NCBI GenBank assembly: GCA_043228905.1
Contig: JBHGNT010000003.1
Coordinates: 14,260,001-14,324,000, forward strand
Direction: 5' to 3'
Source of the DNA: Azolla caroliniana
Taxonomy: Eukaryota > Plantae > Polypodiophyta
DNA: 64,000 nt
Made by a program: the position numbers and the translations under genes. Positions 37,243 to 49,800 of the stretch are shown here, one piece after another. Position 1 is the first letter of the stretch. Every line of letters starts with the position of its first letter. The notes below the pieces were generated by a model, which was not told the origin of the DNA, made no database searches, and worked only from the letters and a program-made list of their open reading frames with translations.

Positions 37243-40200
37243 AACAAAAATGACGTCTTGACTTACTCGAGATTTTCGAGTTGAGGGGTTGTAGCACTTG
37301 TACCCCTTTTGCTCAAGTGAGTATCCTATGAGGATACATTTCTCCGACCTCGGGTCAAGCTTTTGACGCTTCTCGTCGGGGATGTCCACGTACGCTATCG
37401 CGCCGAATATGCGGATGTGCGATAAGTCCGTCTTCTTTCCGAAGTATTTTTCTTGCGGAGTGACCTCATGCACGTAGGATGTTGTGCATTGGTTCATTAC
37501 TTAGACCGTTGTATTTGCAGCTTCGGCCCAATATGACTTGGGCATATGCTTCTCGTTCATCATGGCCCGCGCTACTTCGAGGATGTACAGATTTTTGAGC
37601 TCAGCTACTCTGTTTTGTTGCAGAGTGTGTCATATGGTGTCATATGGTTTGAGGCTTCGGAGTCAACAAACCATACGTCCTCCGACTTGAGGGCACTAGT
37701 TGAGGTAGAGGCTGACATAGAGTTTGCTCTATGTTTCATCATGAACATTCCGCCACGGTCGGAGTTGTATGCGTACATTCCGCCATGATCCTCGTAGTCG
37801 GAGTTCTGCCCGTACATTCCACTATACTCTTCGTAGTCGGAATTGTGCGCGTAATTCGTGAGTTGTCAGCTTGTGGAAGCCGATTCACGCATCTTCTTTC
37901 GGCACTCTTCTTCGTGGTGGCCAAGCTTTCCGCAATATCCGCATTCGGTTGAGTTTTGACGGCTCGGGCCGGAGTGGAAGCTCCCCCTTCTTGCGAAGGT
38001 TCCTCGTTGGCTTCCATTTTGCGGCCGAAATTGGGAGTTGTTATCGTAGGTCATACCTCGTCCGCCTTGTCCTTGGCCGAATCGGCCTCTCGACCGTCCG
38101 CGTCCTCTTCCTCTGTTCGAGTGCGTGTAGAGCATGTGGCCTTCCGGCTCATTGCTCCTTGTACGCACGTGGTTTTCTTCGACCAATAGCATTGATTGGA
38201 GCTCGAAGAAGGAGGGAGATTTCTCCCGTGCTAGAACGGCAGTTCGCATCGCGCCGAACCGTGGTGCGAGGCCGCCGAGGCATATTTGAACCATCTCATC
38301 ATCATCGATATTTACGCTTATTGAGCCGAGCGAATCGAAAAGCTCCTTGATCTTCAAGGTGTATGTCGTGATGGACATGTCCCTTTGTTGAATGTTTTTC
38401 AACTCTTGTCGGAGTTGAAGCCTTCTTGCGGTTGTGTTCGCCGCGAAAGTCTTTCGTAGTTTTTCCCATGCCTCCTTCGGAGTCTTGGCTTCGTGAATGT
38501 AGCCGAGCATGTGATCGTGAACACATGTCGCCAAGCAATACATCACGCGGCTTGCGGCTTGTGGCTTGCTCCCATGTCGCGTATCCGGGAGCCGCTTCGG
38601 CGGGTCGGTCTTCATGCGCTCCTTTGATGTAGCTCCAATAGCCTTGTCCGACAAGGTATTAGTGCATCTTGTACTCCCAAGATGCGAAGTTGTTTCAATC
38701 CAACTTCTCGGTAGGGAGAGCGCTCCCCATTTGAGTATTCATTATGTTGAATCTTCTTCTTCTTCTCTCTTCGAATGCAAGTTATGTAGCGATGAGCCGG
38801 TTCTTGGTCGTCGGTGTAGAGCACAACACACGATCACGATGAGGTGAATGGGCTAGATCGAGCTACCAAATCACTTTGATACCATGTAAAGAATCAAGAG
38901 ATGGATTCTTGTGAAGCGGAAGAGATATGAGTTATGTGTGTGTATGAGAGAGAGAGTGAGAGAGAGACAAGGAATAAGACACAGAGAATACGCAAGGTAA
39001 GAGTATATTAACAAAGGAGAAAGACTCAACTCAATACAAGGTGGGAGGAGGGTGCTTTATATAGTCACCCTCTCTCTTCATTAACTACAAGACTCATGGC
39101 GCATGGGGAATGTGAAAGCTCATAAGTTATGTGTCATAGAATATGATTCTATGACTCATACTAAATGCTAGAATACAAAGAGGTGACATAATGGTGACTC
39201 TTGACCGCTAGAGTGTCTATTCACTCTCAAGGTGAGTTCACACATTAGACCAAGTTGAGCTTGATTCTCAACAAGTGGCAATGCCAATGGGAGCAGGTCA
39301 AAAGAAGTTCTTGGTACTTGCTAGAGAAGACCTTACAAATCAAGTTGAAGGAAGAGCACAAAGATCAAAGACCACATCGGCAATATGGCAATTCATATTA
39401 GAGGATATAGTATGTAGATATGGGTGTATAGGAAAGATAGTGGCTAATATAGGTGAGCTCAATTATGATAAAGCAAGGGAGTTCTTTGATAGAATTGGAA
39501 TTCGGTTATCATTGACAACAACATATAATCCTGAGGCAAATGGTAAGATAGAAAGAGCTCATAGCCCAATAGTTAAAGCACTTGCAAAGGCGTGCAAAGG
39601 TAAAATAGGTAATTGGCTGAAGGTCTTGCCATATGCATTATGGGCGGATAGGACCACACACAGTTCGGTGATAGGATATATGCCGATAGAGCTCATGACA
39701 GGACAAAGGCCGGTGATGCCGATTGAAGAGAAGATTGTTACATGGGCAATGCCAGCATGGGAGTCAGAGATGAGTAGAGAAGACTTGCTAGTTGTTTGTA
39801 TCCAACAACTACAATGTCAAGCAGAAGATGTAGAAAGGCTGCTAAGAAATTGAAGGACGCTCGGATAAAGAACAAAGCAAGATTTAACAAAGTAAATAGA
39901 TTATGACCATGAAAGATTCAAGAAGGAGATTGGGTGTTGGTATTGGACAGTAGCCTCGAGAACCAGTATAGTATAATGAGGAAGTTCGTAAAATGGTGGT
40001 TTGGGCCTTACAAAGTAAGGAAGGTGACTGATAAGGCTACCTACTACCTGAACGGGTTGGATGGGACTGAGATACATACGCCGATTGCGGGAAAAAGAAT
40101 AAAGATTTTTAAAAGAAGAGAAGATACTGAACCTAATTTCATAGAAAATGAGGATGAATTTTTTTCGAAGAGGATCAAAATGAAGTGGTGTGAACTCGCC

Positions 40201-41173
40201 CATAGGTGTGCAAGTTTAGAGGGGGTGGGTGTCGTGAAGTTGTTGCTTCACGATGTCAAAACAATGTCAAAAATCTATAGAAGTACATTTCCCGTCTAGA
40301 GCTTATGACGAGGAGCATGTAGGAATTTTCGGTTCGTGAATCGGAGTTCAGAAGCCCAAGATACAAGCTTCGGATGGACTAATGCAACTCAGGACACAAA
40401 TGTAATTATGTAAAAAGAGGGATTCGAAATTAAATAAGGGTCTATTTTTGTAATTTCTCAAATGTACAACCACAAAATCGAATTTGTAGAATTTATACAT
40501 AAAATAAATAAATAACCACCTGCATGAGGTGGTCTATCAACAGCCTCAAGAGGGTGGTAGGGCGGTTGACCACCCTATAAAAGCCACGCCCATGGTGGCT
40601 AAAGAGGAAGGGGTAGAGGGGGGAAAAGAAGAGGAGAAGAAGAAGGGAGAGAAGGAAGGAAGCGAGGGAGGAAGCTTGCAAGAAGAAGGGATGTAGAGGT
40701 CGCTCATGAAGCTAGTGACCTACTGAAAAGAAGACAAAAAGTAAAGAAAAGAGAAAGAAAATGAGAAAACCAAGAAGTTGAAGTGGTGTATCTCAAATGC
40801 CTCTTTGCAAATAAAAGGTTGTGAGTTTAAATCCTCTCAAAACAACTTTTTCTGGTAAACAAATTTTGTAATATAAATTTGGTATATATAAGGAGAAAGA
40901 GACTTGAATAAATAGAAATCAAAGAATTTGAAGCGGTGTGTTTAAACGTTTCTTCTCAAATAGAGGTTGCGAGTTCAAGTCTTGCCAAGTAACTTTTGGC
41001 AAATAAATATTGTAAGTGGTGTTTTACAAATAAATTTCTTTTCATGACAACGTCACATCTATCTTGCTTTCTCGGCTTCTTGTCATCACACCATCTGTGA
41101 TTACGCCTTGTCATCCCGATCATCCCCGAGTCGCAGAACCCCGACGATTGCGACACACAACCACAATCTTCTT

Positions 41174-41471
41174 GACACCGCCATGTTTGCCAAAGGGTAG
41201 AAAGTCGAATCAGATATCGACTTGTGGCAAAAGCGGTTCGGTCACGTCAACTTCCCGTGGTTTCGGGAAATGCAAACGGAAAACATCGTTTTCCACTTGC
41301 CGAAATCTAGTGGTTGAAAGGGCCAAGTCTGTGAAGCCTGCCAGTTAGGGAAGCATCACTAACTTCCATTCACAAATGAAAGAAATCGGAACCAAAACAA
41401 GCTCGATTTAATCCATTCGGATGTATGGGGGACCGTCGTAGAACATGAGTATTGGTGGAAGTCGTTACTAT
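41174..41471 (+). pseudogene. Copia GAG-pre-integrase/integrase fragment, probably the continuation of element A
   Basis: Translates to DIDLWQKRFGHVNF..VCEACQLGK..LDLIHSDVWG..IGGSRYY; same strand as A and similar to the matching region of C. Confidence 0.65.
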
Positions 41472-41474
41472 TGA

Positions 41475-43097
41475 TGTTCAACAGTTTTGTTACTCCTTAG
41501 GGCCGGGCAATAGCCTAACACAAGGTGTCTAAAGAAGACACTTCACCAAAGGGTGTTACAGTGAAACAGAGTTAGACCGACAATTAATCGGACCTTAATC
41601 GGTTACTTAATCAACATATCATTAATCTTAATACACACGTAAGATAGAAAGTAGTTAGCACAGAATGGTAATCAATTCATCGAGATAAGACAATAGAACT
41701 TTATTAATTATCCGTCATCATTTACAATGTAATCGGGCCTTTTTATAGATCACCGGCTCTACCTACAAAACGGTGCCAACCGGCACACTAATATGAACTG
41801 GTCCAGATCCGGATCGGCATACCGATTCTGGTCTGTCCGTTCACTTCTCAAAAATCTACTTAATTACTTAATATCCTAATAACAACTTCCGATTATTCCT
41901 GCCCTTTCACATTCTGGACTGTCCTCCACTCCTTGCCGGTTGGCTAACAAGTTTGAGGAAACATATGTATGTGTGTATGTCAGGACCTGTCGTATGTGTT
42001 TAGCAAGCTAAACAGAATGGAGGCAAGAAGATACAACAGAAGATGGACACAATTTAATCTTTAATGGAAGCTCTGTTATTGCATTCATTCTCTCTCTCTC
42101 TCTCTCTCTCTGAGACTCGATGTACAAGATGATCAAGAATATTCTTTACAACCTTAGGTTATTGCTTATATACTAAGCCCTAACTCTTTGGACAAGTTCA
42201 CACTAGGATACAAATTGGAAGGAGACGGCCTTTTATGCCAACAAACTCCCCCATAAAAGGACTACTCTTTCCTACATATACAAATGTTTCAGGTTATCTC
42301 CGCTATAAATCTAGATTACAAGATTAACCTAAATTTATATTACAAGTCGGTCGACCAACATGTAGCCAAGTCGGCAGAGGTGATGTTTGTGTCAAGCCTA
42401 ACATGGCTAGTCATTATGATTGATTCTGTTGAATCTTACCTTCTGCTCCTTGTCCGACTTTCTTCTGCTTGGTCGTTTGTCACAGTCCCATCTTTGTCCT
42501 TAGTGCTCCAAAGTGTTGATCTGGGAGTGGTTTCATCAAGCAATCGACGATGTTCACTTCGGTGTCGATCTTCCGGACTTTGAGTTTCTTTTCAGTTATG
42601 AGCTCTCGGATGTGATGATACCGCACCTCAATATGCTTTGTCTTTGCGTGATAGACTGGACTGTTGATGAGGTGAATTGCGCTCTATGAGTCGCAATAGA
42701 TGGTCAGCGCTGGTTGGTTGATTCGGCTTGTAGCTGAGAAGTTGGTAGACATTCGGTGCAACCAGATCCCTTCCTTTGTTGCCTCCGATGCGGCTATGTA
42801 CTCGGCCTCTGTGGTTGACAAAGACGTGCACTCTTGAAGTTTCGACCTCCATGATATCGCACCGCCACCATAAGTGAAGATGTAGCGATGTCGACTTTCG
42901 ATAGTCCGTATTTCCGGCATAGTCGGAGTCAGTGTAGCCTTCGACTTCGGTTGAGGTTGTCAAACCGAAAATCAGCTATGCATCATGGTTCCTTTTAGAT
43001 ACCTAAGCATGTGCTTGACAACCTCCCAATGCTTTCGTCCTAGGTTTGACATGTACCAGTTGACCACCCCTACGATATAGGCTAGGTTGGGTCGGGT
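41475..43097 (-). mobile_element. Copia element K: 3' LTR (about 41475-42243, split by a J LTR) plus RNase H/RT fragment
   Basis: LTR end TGCCAACA at 42243 followed by PPT reverse complement AACTCCCCC; GGAISWRSKLQECTSLSTTEAEY and EGYTDSDYAG on the minus strand. Confidence 0.8.
41488..41949 (-). mobile_element. LTR of family J flanked by AGTTT on both sides (solo-LTR-like)
   Basis: TGTTA..TAACA, closely similar to 43313-43775 and 59451-59909; AGTTT at 41483-41487 and 41950-41954. Confidence 0.9.
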
Positions 43098-44399
43098 ATC
43101 CACGGAGTGACTCCTTGGCCAGTCGCTGGATCACTTTGGAAAATGATTGATCCGAATGAATCTCTTCCACCTCCTGCTGGAAGGCCTCTCGCTTCCGCAG
43201 CCACTCAACGAGTCTCCTTGCTCGATCCGTAACCGGTCCGCTCGTTGGTCTAGTCATCCATTCCCGTCGTTGTTCGTTGCGCTTATGCAGGAATCATGGT
43301 CGCCAAAAACTGTGTTACTCCTTAGGGCTGGACAATAGCCTAACACAGGGTGTCTACAGAAGACACTTCACCAAAAGAGTGTTATGGTGAAATAGAGTTA
43401 GACTGACAATTAATCGGACCTTAATTGGTTACTTAATCAACATATCATTAATCTTAATACATGCGTAAGATAGAAAGTAGTTAGCACAGAACGGTAATCA
43501 ATACACCGAGATAAGACAATAGAACTTTATTAATTATCCGTCGTCATTTACAATGTAACCAAGCCTTTTTATAGATCACTGGCTCTGCCTACAAAACGGT
43601 GCCAACCGGCACACTAATATGAACCAGTCCGGATCCGGATCGGCATACCGATTCCGGTCCGTCCGTTCACTTCTCAAAAATCTACTTAATTACTTAATAT
43701 CCTAATAATAGCTTCCGATTATTCCTGCCCTTTCACATTTTGGACTGTCCTCCACTCCTTGCCGGCTGGCTAACACATGGCATGCCCGTGGGACAGTACC
43801 TTGTATGTCGAATCCCACTATCCGGCCTTCAATCCTCATCCAAAATGTCCAGAATTCTCTGATCGAGGGGCTCTAAGGGTTCTTCGGAAGGCTGATCGGA
43901 TCACTGCTGCTGTTGCGCCTACTGTTGTTGCTCCTGTTGTTGTTGCTCCTCTTGCGGCTGCTCCGTTGGTTGTGACCGTAGCTCCGGCGGCTGCTCCGTT
44001 GGCTATTGCTGTGATTCCTACTGTTGCGTGGTCTCCGGCTCTTCTGGGCATTGTTCCTCCGATGGTTGTTGCGCGGCTCTTGATGCTGGTGGTTGTTGCG
44101 GATCTTCCTCCCTTGGCTACTCCTCCTGAGTTACATTCAGTTGGCTTGTCCCGGCCTTGTCTCTGTCTGTCCCTTGCTCCGACGATGGCTCTTCATCACT
44201 GAGATTGATTGTTGCCGTGCTCTTCGTCGTCTCTTACCATAGCCTCTCCTTTTCGTAACTTTCAAACTGGATTTGGTTATCCAGCCGATCATCGTCCAGT
44301 AGTACCACTAATTGTTGGACCACCGTTATCTCTTCATCAGCCAACGTTACGAAGTTCTCCACCAATTCATCTTTTATGGCAGCAAAGTCTTCCTTTTCT

Positions 44400-46860
44400 A
44401 GCTTATAGAACTCATCTCCTTCCTTTTGCCGGTTTTCCTGCGTCCGCTCTCAGCAACTGTAGCTCGGCAACATGCTTCGCCCATTTTGACCACCATAATA
44501 TTGAGCTATCTTCAATCAAGCGCTTCATTCAATTCTTCCATGCATGGACAATGCATCGGATCCGCTCCAACCCCATCTTTGATTTGTCTTCAGTGGCCTG
44601 TCGGTCATCTTTCAACTGTTTGATCAGGTTCGCCGTCACCACCTCCTGGTCCTTGTAGCGCACCAGTTGATTTTGATACGTTGTCTGCACTCTTTGTAAG
44701 ACCATGGTAGCGCATTCCGTTTCCTCATGATGTTGCATCTAGAGTTCCATGCGTTGTTGCGCCGCTTCAGGTCATATGGTTTCCTTCTCAGCCCGTTCTT
44801 CCGCTAGTGCCGTCTCCGCCCTTTGCACTTCATTCTGGAGCTCGAACATCTTCTCCTACTGCCGGTCGCTGTCGGTGATGAGCTTCTTGTATTCCGACTT
44901 GACATGTTTATAATCCCGGTGCAGGTAGTCAAAATCTTATGTTTTCTACTTCAACTTCTGATTGGTTTGGCGGCGAGCTCGGTCTTCCCTATCCTTTTGC
45001 TGTCGATGCTCTTCTTTGAGTCTCTCTATCTCCGTTTCCGCCATCCTTCGGAGTTTATCCTTCTCTTGCAACACTTTTTCTTTCTCTTCTTTAAGCCGGT
45101 CATAGGCTTGGTGTCCCTTCCGCAGACTTTCTTCTGCTCAGCGGAGGTTGTCGGCAGTCTTCCGTTGTTCCTCCTCCGCCGCCATTTTTAATTCTCTTTC
45201 CCTGGCCTGTAATGCTTCCTGTGCGGCTAGGTCTTCTTTGAGAGCGGCAAGCTCTTGTGCTTGCGCTGTAATTATATCCGAGTTTGTTCCCGTCACCGGG
45301 GTCGTATTATTATGTACAGTTGTCGGTGTTTCATTATTCTGTACATGTATCGGAGCCACCGGTTCTTGTTCCTAGGGTCCTGTGATGACCTTCTTAGCCA
45401 ATTCATCCTTGGCTATTTCCAATTCTTGTTCCAAGCTCCGGATCCTTGACCAGGCCTTCTCTAGTTCTCCGGTTGTGGCTACCAACCGGTCCACTTGTGC
45501 TTTCTCCTGTACCTCCATATAATGGACCACTCCGGCTCTTTGTTCACTGATCCACCACAACCATTGGCTATCGGGAGCTTCTTGTTGTGTCGGCGCGGAA
45601 GGTTGGCTGATTTCTGCGCTTGCCAGTGTCTGATCTTGCCTGGTTGGCAACTTTGGCTCTGGTTGGGTACCACTTGGCAGTACCGGCTCTAGTTGTGCCT
45701 CAGTTGGCCGTTCCGGCTCTAGTTGGTCCTGGTGTGTCGGTGATGTAGACAACTGAATCACGGGTCTTGTCATGCTCTAACCCGCCGGCGGAGCCTGCGG
45801 CGCAAGGACTTTTGTGACCGGTTCTGTTTGAACCGCTTCCGCTTCCACCCTTGGCTCTGGGCCCTCGGTGTGGGGTATCGGCGTCCTATCCTTTTCTAGA
45901 CCCGATTGCTTCCCGGCATGGTCTGCAATGCTCTTCTTCTGGCGTCGCTGGAGGTGCTCGCTGGGCTCCTCCGCCGTTTCCTCCTCTTGAGTCCCAAGAT
46001 TGATTTTGATGGTCAAGGGATCTGGCTCCTGTTGACCCGGTCGGCAAAATGTAATTTTTATTGGCCGTGCCGGTGTTGCCTCCTACGTCTCCGCCTAGTT
46101 AGGCTGCTCTTTCTCCGGTTTTAGAGTATCGGCCTCCTTCCCTTTGGTTGCCTTAGCAGCCAATAGTTGCTGCTGTTTTGAAAACGTTTTGGAGGTTCCT
46201 TCGGTTGATCTTCCCCGCTTCTTTGTCGTGATGGGCTCCACTGGTGGTGCCAACAGTGTGAGCCATTGCGCCATCGCCAACCATATTTTCCTGCCATCCT
46301 TCCCTCTTACTGAGTCGATGGCCGCGCGCAGTCCATCGGCGATCAACACCGACCAGTCCACCTGTATGCCTTTATATGTGGCAATAATTAATCCGGCCCT
46401 GCTCCTAAGCATTGCCGGGGGTCGAGGGTACACATGGCCAAACTCGTGGAGTACACGAGCAATCTCTCGGAATAAGCCATCCTCGCCGCCCTGTGTGCCA
46501 TATGCCTTGCTGGCTAGAGAGTACTCACCGAAGTATTTCGTGAGTTGCTCCGGGGTTGGGTTGTCGATGGTGAAGATGTCGCCTTCGGGTAGGCCCGTCA
46601 GGGCACGGATGGCCTCCTCTGTGATTACTTCTGTGTCGATGTCTTTGACAACCCTTTCCGCCTCCATATGTGGTGGTGCCTCCATGATCCTCAAGAATCC
46701 TTCCAAACCGTGTTGCTTTAACCACTTCTTGGCTGTCTCAGAGAGCGTCATGCAGTCCATTTCTCCTTCTCAGTCGGTGGTTGGTGGTGAGCTAGGTGCG
46801 TTAGGGGGCTCTGGGTGCTCGCGTTTGATTATCCTTAATCGTCTGTGTGTGTTTGCGATT
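44400..46860 (-). pseudogene. Additional sense ORF between integrase and the 3' LTR of J (env-position ORF), fragmented
   Basis: Chain of same-strand ORF pieces (46095-46760, 45777-46016, 45372-45773, 45138-45359, 44529-44738): a globular block ITEEAIRALTGLPEG..VDWSVLI followed by E/K/Q-rich coiled-coil-like segments. Boundaries approximate. Confidence 0.6.
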
Positions 46861-49800
46861 CTCTGTTCGCGAAATGAGAAGGCCTCCATGCGGTGTAGGT
46901 TTTCTTTCTACATGTTGGTGCCTTTCTCGATGCTTGCGCACGTGTATGTCGTGTACTATAATGGCAATGAAGTGCCACGTAGCTTTTCAAAGTGCCTGTT
47001 CACTCCTCCCCTTTTAATTGCATGTGGTCGTTCGCTCCTCCCCATCGCATGATTTGGAATTCATTGGATATGATTTTATTTTATTTTATTATTATTATTA
47101 TTAATCCGTGTCCGGCCCAAACGAACCTTTCTCCGGATTGTGGTCCCTTTCCCCGGTTCCGTACTTTCCGATTGCTTGACCAGTTATCATCTTCTCGTGC
47201 TCACCGATGTCCGGTTCGGTGTCAGCCTTTGTCTGTTCAAACGGGCTTAGGGGCATGGGTCCATAATATGGTTTGAGTCGAAACCCATTGACCCATTTAC
47301 CCATAACTTCTCTGGCAAGTGTCCCTAGCTGGTAGGAACCATTGAACTCTCGTGTAATCTAATATGGTCTGGTCCACCGAAACCGTAGCTTCCCCGACAT
47401 CTTACCCATCCGGGTCTAGAATACAAGTACCGGCTTGCCGATCCTGAACATTTTTTCGTTACCTTTCTAGTGTCGATCGACGAACACTTTCCTTCTCCGT
47501 TGCTCTAGTTCCATGTGCATCAGGCTAGTTATCCAGTGTTCCTCCAATTCGCATAGTGTTGCTAGCCGGATTGTTTCCGACTCCTTCTCGTTTAGACGTT
47601 CCCGAACCTTTAACCGCAGACTGGGAACCTGGAATTCGATCGGCATTACCACTTCCAATCCGAATGCTAAACGGAAAGGTGTTGTCTAGATACTTGTCTT
47701 ATATGTTGTCCGGTAGGCCCAGAGTGCACTGTGCAACTTTGTATCCCAATACGTTCAGTTCTCATTTACGATTTTCCGGAGGATGTTTTGTAGTGTCTTA
47801 TTTGTGGATTCGGCTAATCCGTTGGCTTGCGGATAATACGGAGTGCTTCGCTTGTGCACCACCGCATAGAATGTCGTTAAGCTCTCCACCACTTGTCCTA
47901 GGAAATGCCCACCTTGGTCGCTGATTAGCTCGATCGGACATCCATACCGGCACCAGATATATTCATATAAAAACTTTGTCGTGGATGCCGCGGTGTTGTC
48001 ACGTAGTGCTTTGGCCTCCACCCACTCGTCGTAGTAGTCCGTAGCGACAATCACGTATCGGTTGCCGGTTCTGATTGCTTGTCGTATAAATGGGCCGATG
48101 AAGTCCAGGCCCCATTTCTGAAATGGTTCCAATGGCAGCACAGGCTAGTGAGGCATTCTTGCCTGTTCCGTTGGTTGGCCCATCCACTGACACAAATCGC
48201 ATTCTTTAGCATACCGGACGGCGTCTTTTAATGTTATCGGCCACCATAGGCCACTCTGCCATATTTTCCTTGCCGTAGCATCCCCAACATAATGCCCTCT
48301 AGCAACGCCGCAATGTGCTTCGCACAGTATTTGGTCTTTCTCATCGTTGTGCACCGCACACTGCCATATGCCAGCTGCGCCTTTATGGTACAATGTGTCC
48401 TATAGTAGGCAGAAGTGTCGGCTTTGTACTGCTAATCTTTTCCGCTCGTCTCTGTTCATCTCCTCTGGAGGTAATCCAGTGCTCAGGAATTGGTACATGT
48501 TAGTGAGCCACTTGTCCTCCTCGGCGACCGTACCATCTGTTGTCGTTTCTACTATAACCCTAAACAAGTCTGCATCCAGAAATTTGTCTGCGACTCCGTC
48601 ACTGGTTTCTCCGGAGTCTAACCGGCTCAAATAATCTACAACCGCATGTTGTATGCCTAGTCGGTGAAATATCTCGAACTCAAATTCCTGTAATAATAGC
48701 GTCCACCGGGCCAGCTTACCTGTGAGTGATGCTTTCGAGACCAAGTAAAGTAGCGCCGAATGATCTACATGAAAGGAAAATTTCCTCCCCAATAGATAGT
48801 GTCGGAACTTGGTGACGCTATAGATCATGTCCAAGGCTTCTCTTTCCATCATAGAGTAATTACGTTCGGCCTAGGACAGCTTTCGGCTGGCATAATACAC
48901 GGGCCGGTACCACTTGGGTTCGATAAGCTGCATTAATGTACTCCCGATTGCTATGTCGGACGCGTCTACAAATACGTGGAATTCTTTAGACCAATCCAGA
49001 GGTTGCACCACTGGTGCTTGTGATAGTAGTACTTTTAATGCCCGGTAAGCCATCTCTTCTGTGTCCGTCCATTGAAACGGTGTTCGGTGCACCGTGGCAT
49101 GCAATGGTGTGGCTAGGTCTGCTAGATACCGGAGCAACCGGCTATGCCACCAGATTTGTCCTAGGAATTGACTTAATGCTTTCGCCGTGGTGGGTGCTGG
49201 TGCCTCCAAAATTACTTTGACCTTGTCCAGGTCTACTGCAATACTGTCCTTGCTAACAATGTGGCCTAGTAATGCACCGCTTGACACACCGAGCACGCAT
49301 GTCGGCAGTTTAAGGCTTAACCGGTAAACCCTACATTTCTCAAGACATAGTCGGAGGTATTGGAGGTGTTCCCCTTCCTGGCTGTACATGACAAAATTGT
49401 CTAGGAACACCTGCATGAATGCTAGAATAAATTCTCCGAAAATCTCCATGATTATCCGCTAAAAGGTTGTCGGCGCCATTTTAAGTCTGAACATCATGAC
49501 TACGGTGACAAATACTCCCCATTCGGTAACAAACTATAAACTTCGTGACCGGCTATTGCATCTAGGACTCCATCCGTAAAGGGAGTGGGAAGGTGTTGGT
49601 TACCGTTGCCGCATTCAACTTCTGGTAGTCGACACATACCCGGATTTTTCCGTTCTTTTTCTGTACGACGACTATCGGGCTTAGTCATGTCGCCTTTTTG
49701 ACCGGTCAGATGAACCCTACCCATAACAATTTGTCAATTTCATCCTTTACTTTTGCTGCATAGTTAGGGTTCATCCGATAGCGTCGTTGCGCCATCGGCT

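Larger units (their letters stand above)
32097..37246 (-). mobile_element. Ty1/Copia element G (Tnt1/Tork-like), young, with truncated 3' LTR
   Basis: 5' LTR 36240-37246; 3' LTR remnant 32097-32410 (one difference seen over the shared 314 bp); TSD AAAAT (32092-32096, 37247-37251), whose removal restores SQDVIFYES of F; PBS reverse complement GCTCTGATACCA 36225-36236. Confidence 0.93.
29442..39273 (-). mobile_element. Ty1/Copia element F, interrupted by G
   Basis: LTRs 29442-29838 and 38885-39273; TSD AGTGG (29437-29441, 39274-39278); PBS reverse complement ACTTTGATACCA 38873-38884; gag from 38742; RT (HQMDVKNAFL, YGLKQAP, LYVDG) and RH (STEAEY, DIFTK) ending at 30115; internal PR-INT deletion. 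Confidence 0.95.
11692..41049 (+). mobile_element. Gypsy element G1 (5'-truncated host), pol split by insertions C and F
   Basis: Protease tail and spacer 11692-12229; RT/RH/INT 27503-29441 (DLYSGYDQF, LPQG, FLDD, VDSSPIGIGW, KRELWG); INT 39279-~40190 (LAREDLTNQVEG, YNPEANG); PPT GAGGGGGTGGG; 3' LTR TGTCGTGAA..TTCATGACA 40230-41049. Many stop codons. The right LTR end is less certain. Confidence 0.85.

Noticed and set aside
46144-47052. 302-aa plus-strand ORF
   Set aside because: Antisense shadow of the J extra ORF with no independent motifs.
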